Assembly: GCA_043822785.1 (NCBI GenBank)
Contig: JBDRBN010000142.1
Coordinates: forward strand, 1 to 18,556
Length of the DNA stretch: 18,556 nucleotides
Source: Pseudomonadota bacterium
Lineage (GTDB): Bacteria; UBA10199; 2-02-FULL-44-16; JAAZCA01
Reading direction: 5' to 3'
The notes under the pieces were generated by a model. The model did not search any database and was not told the DNA's origin. It saw only the letters and a program-made list of their open reading frames with translations. A program made the translations under genes and the position numbers. Shown piece by piece: positions 17,073 through 18,556 of the stretch (position 1 is its first letter; the number at the start of each line of letters is the position of its first letter).

Positions 17073-18556
17073 GGGGCTTGCCTTTACAGATATCGTCTAC
17101 AAGCCCGTCTATTTTTGCGCCCGGGTGCAGAGCGATGTGTTTTACAATGTGCTCGTAATGCTTTGATTTGATATTTTTGTCAGCACACCTCTTTAAAATC
17201 TTTATCCAAACCTCGTCTGTAATTCGCGAGCAGTCTATCCCTTGCCTTCTTATGCTTCTCGTGGTTTGTCCAAGAAGGCGGCCGGCGAGCTTCATATCAA
17301 GGCTATCTTTGGCAATCTTATCGATGAGATTTATGTGTTTTGAAAGTGAGAGTTCTTTTATTACATCAAAGGGCAGCCCGTATTTTTGAAAGCGCTCCTC
17401 GATAACATAGGTAGGTTCCGGAAGATGTGATCTTATCCTCCCTACCCTCTCATGCATGATGCGAACAGGCGGGTGATCTGTGTCTGGATACATGCGATCA
17501 GCGCCCGGCAAAATGCGTTCAAAATCCGTAAGCCCCTCGCGCAAGTGCTGTCTGGTTTCTTCTGGCACACCCAAACACGCTTCTTTTATGCGACCGCAGA
17601 TCTCATTTGTTGCTGTAATTGTATCAGCCAAAGGCCCCCATACGATTATGCCCACATCATTATTGCCCAGTTTCAGCGCAAGCCTGATTGCACGAGCATC
17701 AATATGATTTCTCGGATACTCCGGATAGTTATCGGTGTGAAACAAATTTGGAATTGAATCCAAGCATGCGACCACGCGCACCCTGCCAGAGAGCTCTGAG
17801 GAAAACATCCTGCTTGGTTGGGTTGGTGTGTTGAGCACGCCCCTTATTCCCTCTATCCTTATCCCTCGTATGTGATGATTTTTTTGAAGGGCGTTTTGAA
17901 GGATGGGCGAACAAGTGTTTTTAAGCTCGTCGGTAATATCCAGCTCAAAAGTTTTTAGATTTTCTGGTGTGATGTTTCTCTGCGCAAATTCTTTGCGAAT
18001 ATCCAACAGGGCCTTTTGTCTCAATGCTTCAGTACGTGTGAGCGCAGCGATGAGTTGATATCTCGGAACGCCCTTTATCTCCACCCTGTTTCCGCCATCT
18101 ATGGATACATTGACATCCTGACGGGCAGCACCCAAACCGCGCCGAACCCGGCTTGATGCGCGCAAAAGCCTTCCTATGTGTCTAACCCCGCGAGCAGCCT
18201 CTTCTGGGGATGTAAAGCAGGGTTCAGTAACAACCTCTATAAGCGGCATGCCCAAGCGGTCGGTTCTAAAATGTATGAAGTGGCCCTTGTCTGTAACTTC
18301 TCTGCAGGAATCTTCTTCTATGGAGAGCTGCCTTACAGCTATGTTTTTTCCTTCAAAAGGAATTTTTCCATTTATGCCGACGATGCCCGTGCGCTGAAAA
18401 CCCGTGGGTATGGAACCATCGAGGTATTGCTTTCTGGCTATGTGCATCTCATCCACGACAGAGCACCCGCACAAAAGCGCGAGTTCGATTGCCATATCCA
18501 AAGCTTCTTCATTAATACGAAACGGCGGGGTATCATCCATTTCATAGGTGCATACT
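17023..18556 (-). CDS. gatE: Glu-tRNA(Gln) amidotransferase subunit E (archaeal-type GatE), 5' end outside the window
   Basis: Frame stays open to the window edge (VCTYEMDDTPP). Motifs RKQYLDGSIPTGFQRT, LSIEEDS, DRLGMPLIEVVT, VRRGLGAARQDVNVSIDGGNRVEIKGV, GVPEETR and RILPGADRMYPDTD. Contains the AspRS-like insertion domain that distinguishes GatE from GatB. Confidence 0.9.
   Translation of the reverse strand, partial: VCTYEMDDTPPFRINEEALDMAIELALLCGCSVVDEMHIARKQYLDGSIPTGFQRTGIVGINGKIPFEGKNIAVRQLSIEEDSCREVTDKGHFIHFRTDRLGMPLIEVVTEPCFTSPEEAARGVRHIGRLLRASSRVRRGLGAARQDVNVSIDGGNRVEIKGVPRYQLIAALTRTEALRQKALLDIRKEFAQRNITPENLKTFELDITDELKNTCSPILQNALQKNHHIRGIRIEGIRGVLNTPTQPSRMFSSELSGRVRVVACLDSIPNLFHTDNYPEYPRNHIDARAIRLALKLGNNDVGIIVWGPLADTITATNEICGRIKEACLGVPEETRQHLREGLTDFERILPGADRMYPDTDHPPVRIMHERVGRIRSHLPEPTYVIEERFQKYGLPFDVIKELSLSKHINLIDKIAKDSLDMKLAGRLLGQTTRSIRRQGIDCSRITDEVWIKILKRCADKNIKSKHYEHIVKHIALHPGAKIDGLVDDICKGKPPRPLRPSSSICRAQDP

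Noticed and set aside
17023..18556. Calling this gene gatB
   Set aside because: Has the AspRS-like insertion and GatE-type motifs, and lacks the GatB RKNYFYPD and RCDANVS signatures.

Overview
A bacterial chromosomal replication-origin region. The protein sequences look deltaproteobacterial-like, which is an inference. Minus strand: dnaA-dnaN-recF-gyrB (no gyrA after it), then an RluA/RluD pseudouridine synthase and a small secreted protein. Plus strand: rpmH-rnpA-yidD-yidC. oriC looks bipartite, with consensus DnaA boxes upstream of dnaA and a B. subtilis-like unwinding module (tandem DnaA boxes, GGCC, five DnaA-trios, AT-rich tract) between dnaA and dnaN. Departures from the standard layout: (1) about 5 kb holding a Na+/solute symporter and an unrecognised 1039-aa TPR plus hydrophobic-helix protein separates dnaA from rpmH, with inward-facing terminator-like hairpins at both ends; (2) an archaeal-type gatE, apparently lacking its distal tail, converges on yidC where jag/mnmE usually sit; (3) four intergenic spacers carry degenerate 7-bp tandem arrays with different unit sequences; (4) an orphan DUF1795/Eag-like gene converges on gyrB. 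No CRISPR array, rRNA, intact tRNA or transposase was seen.
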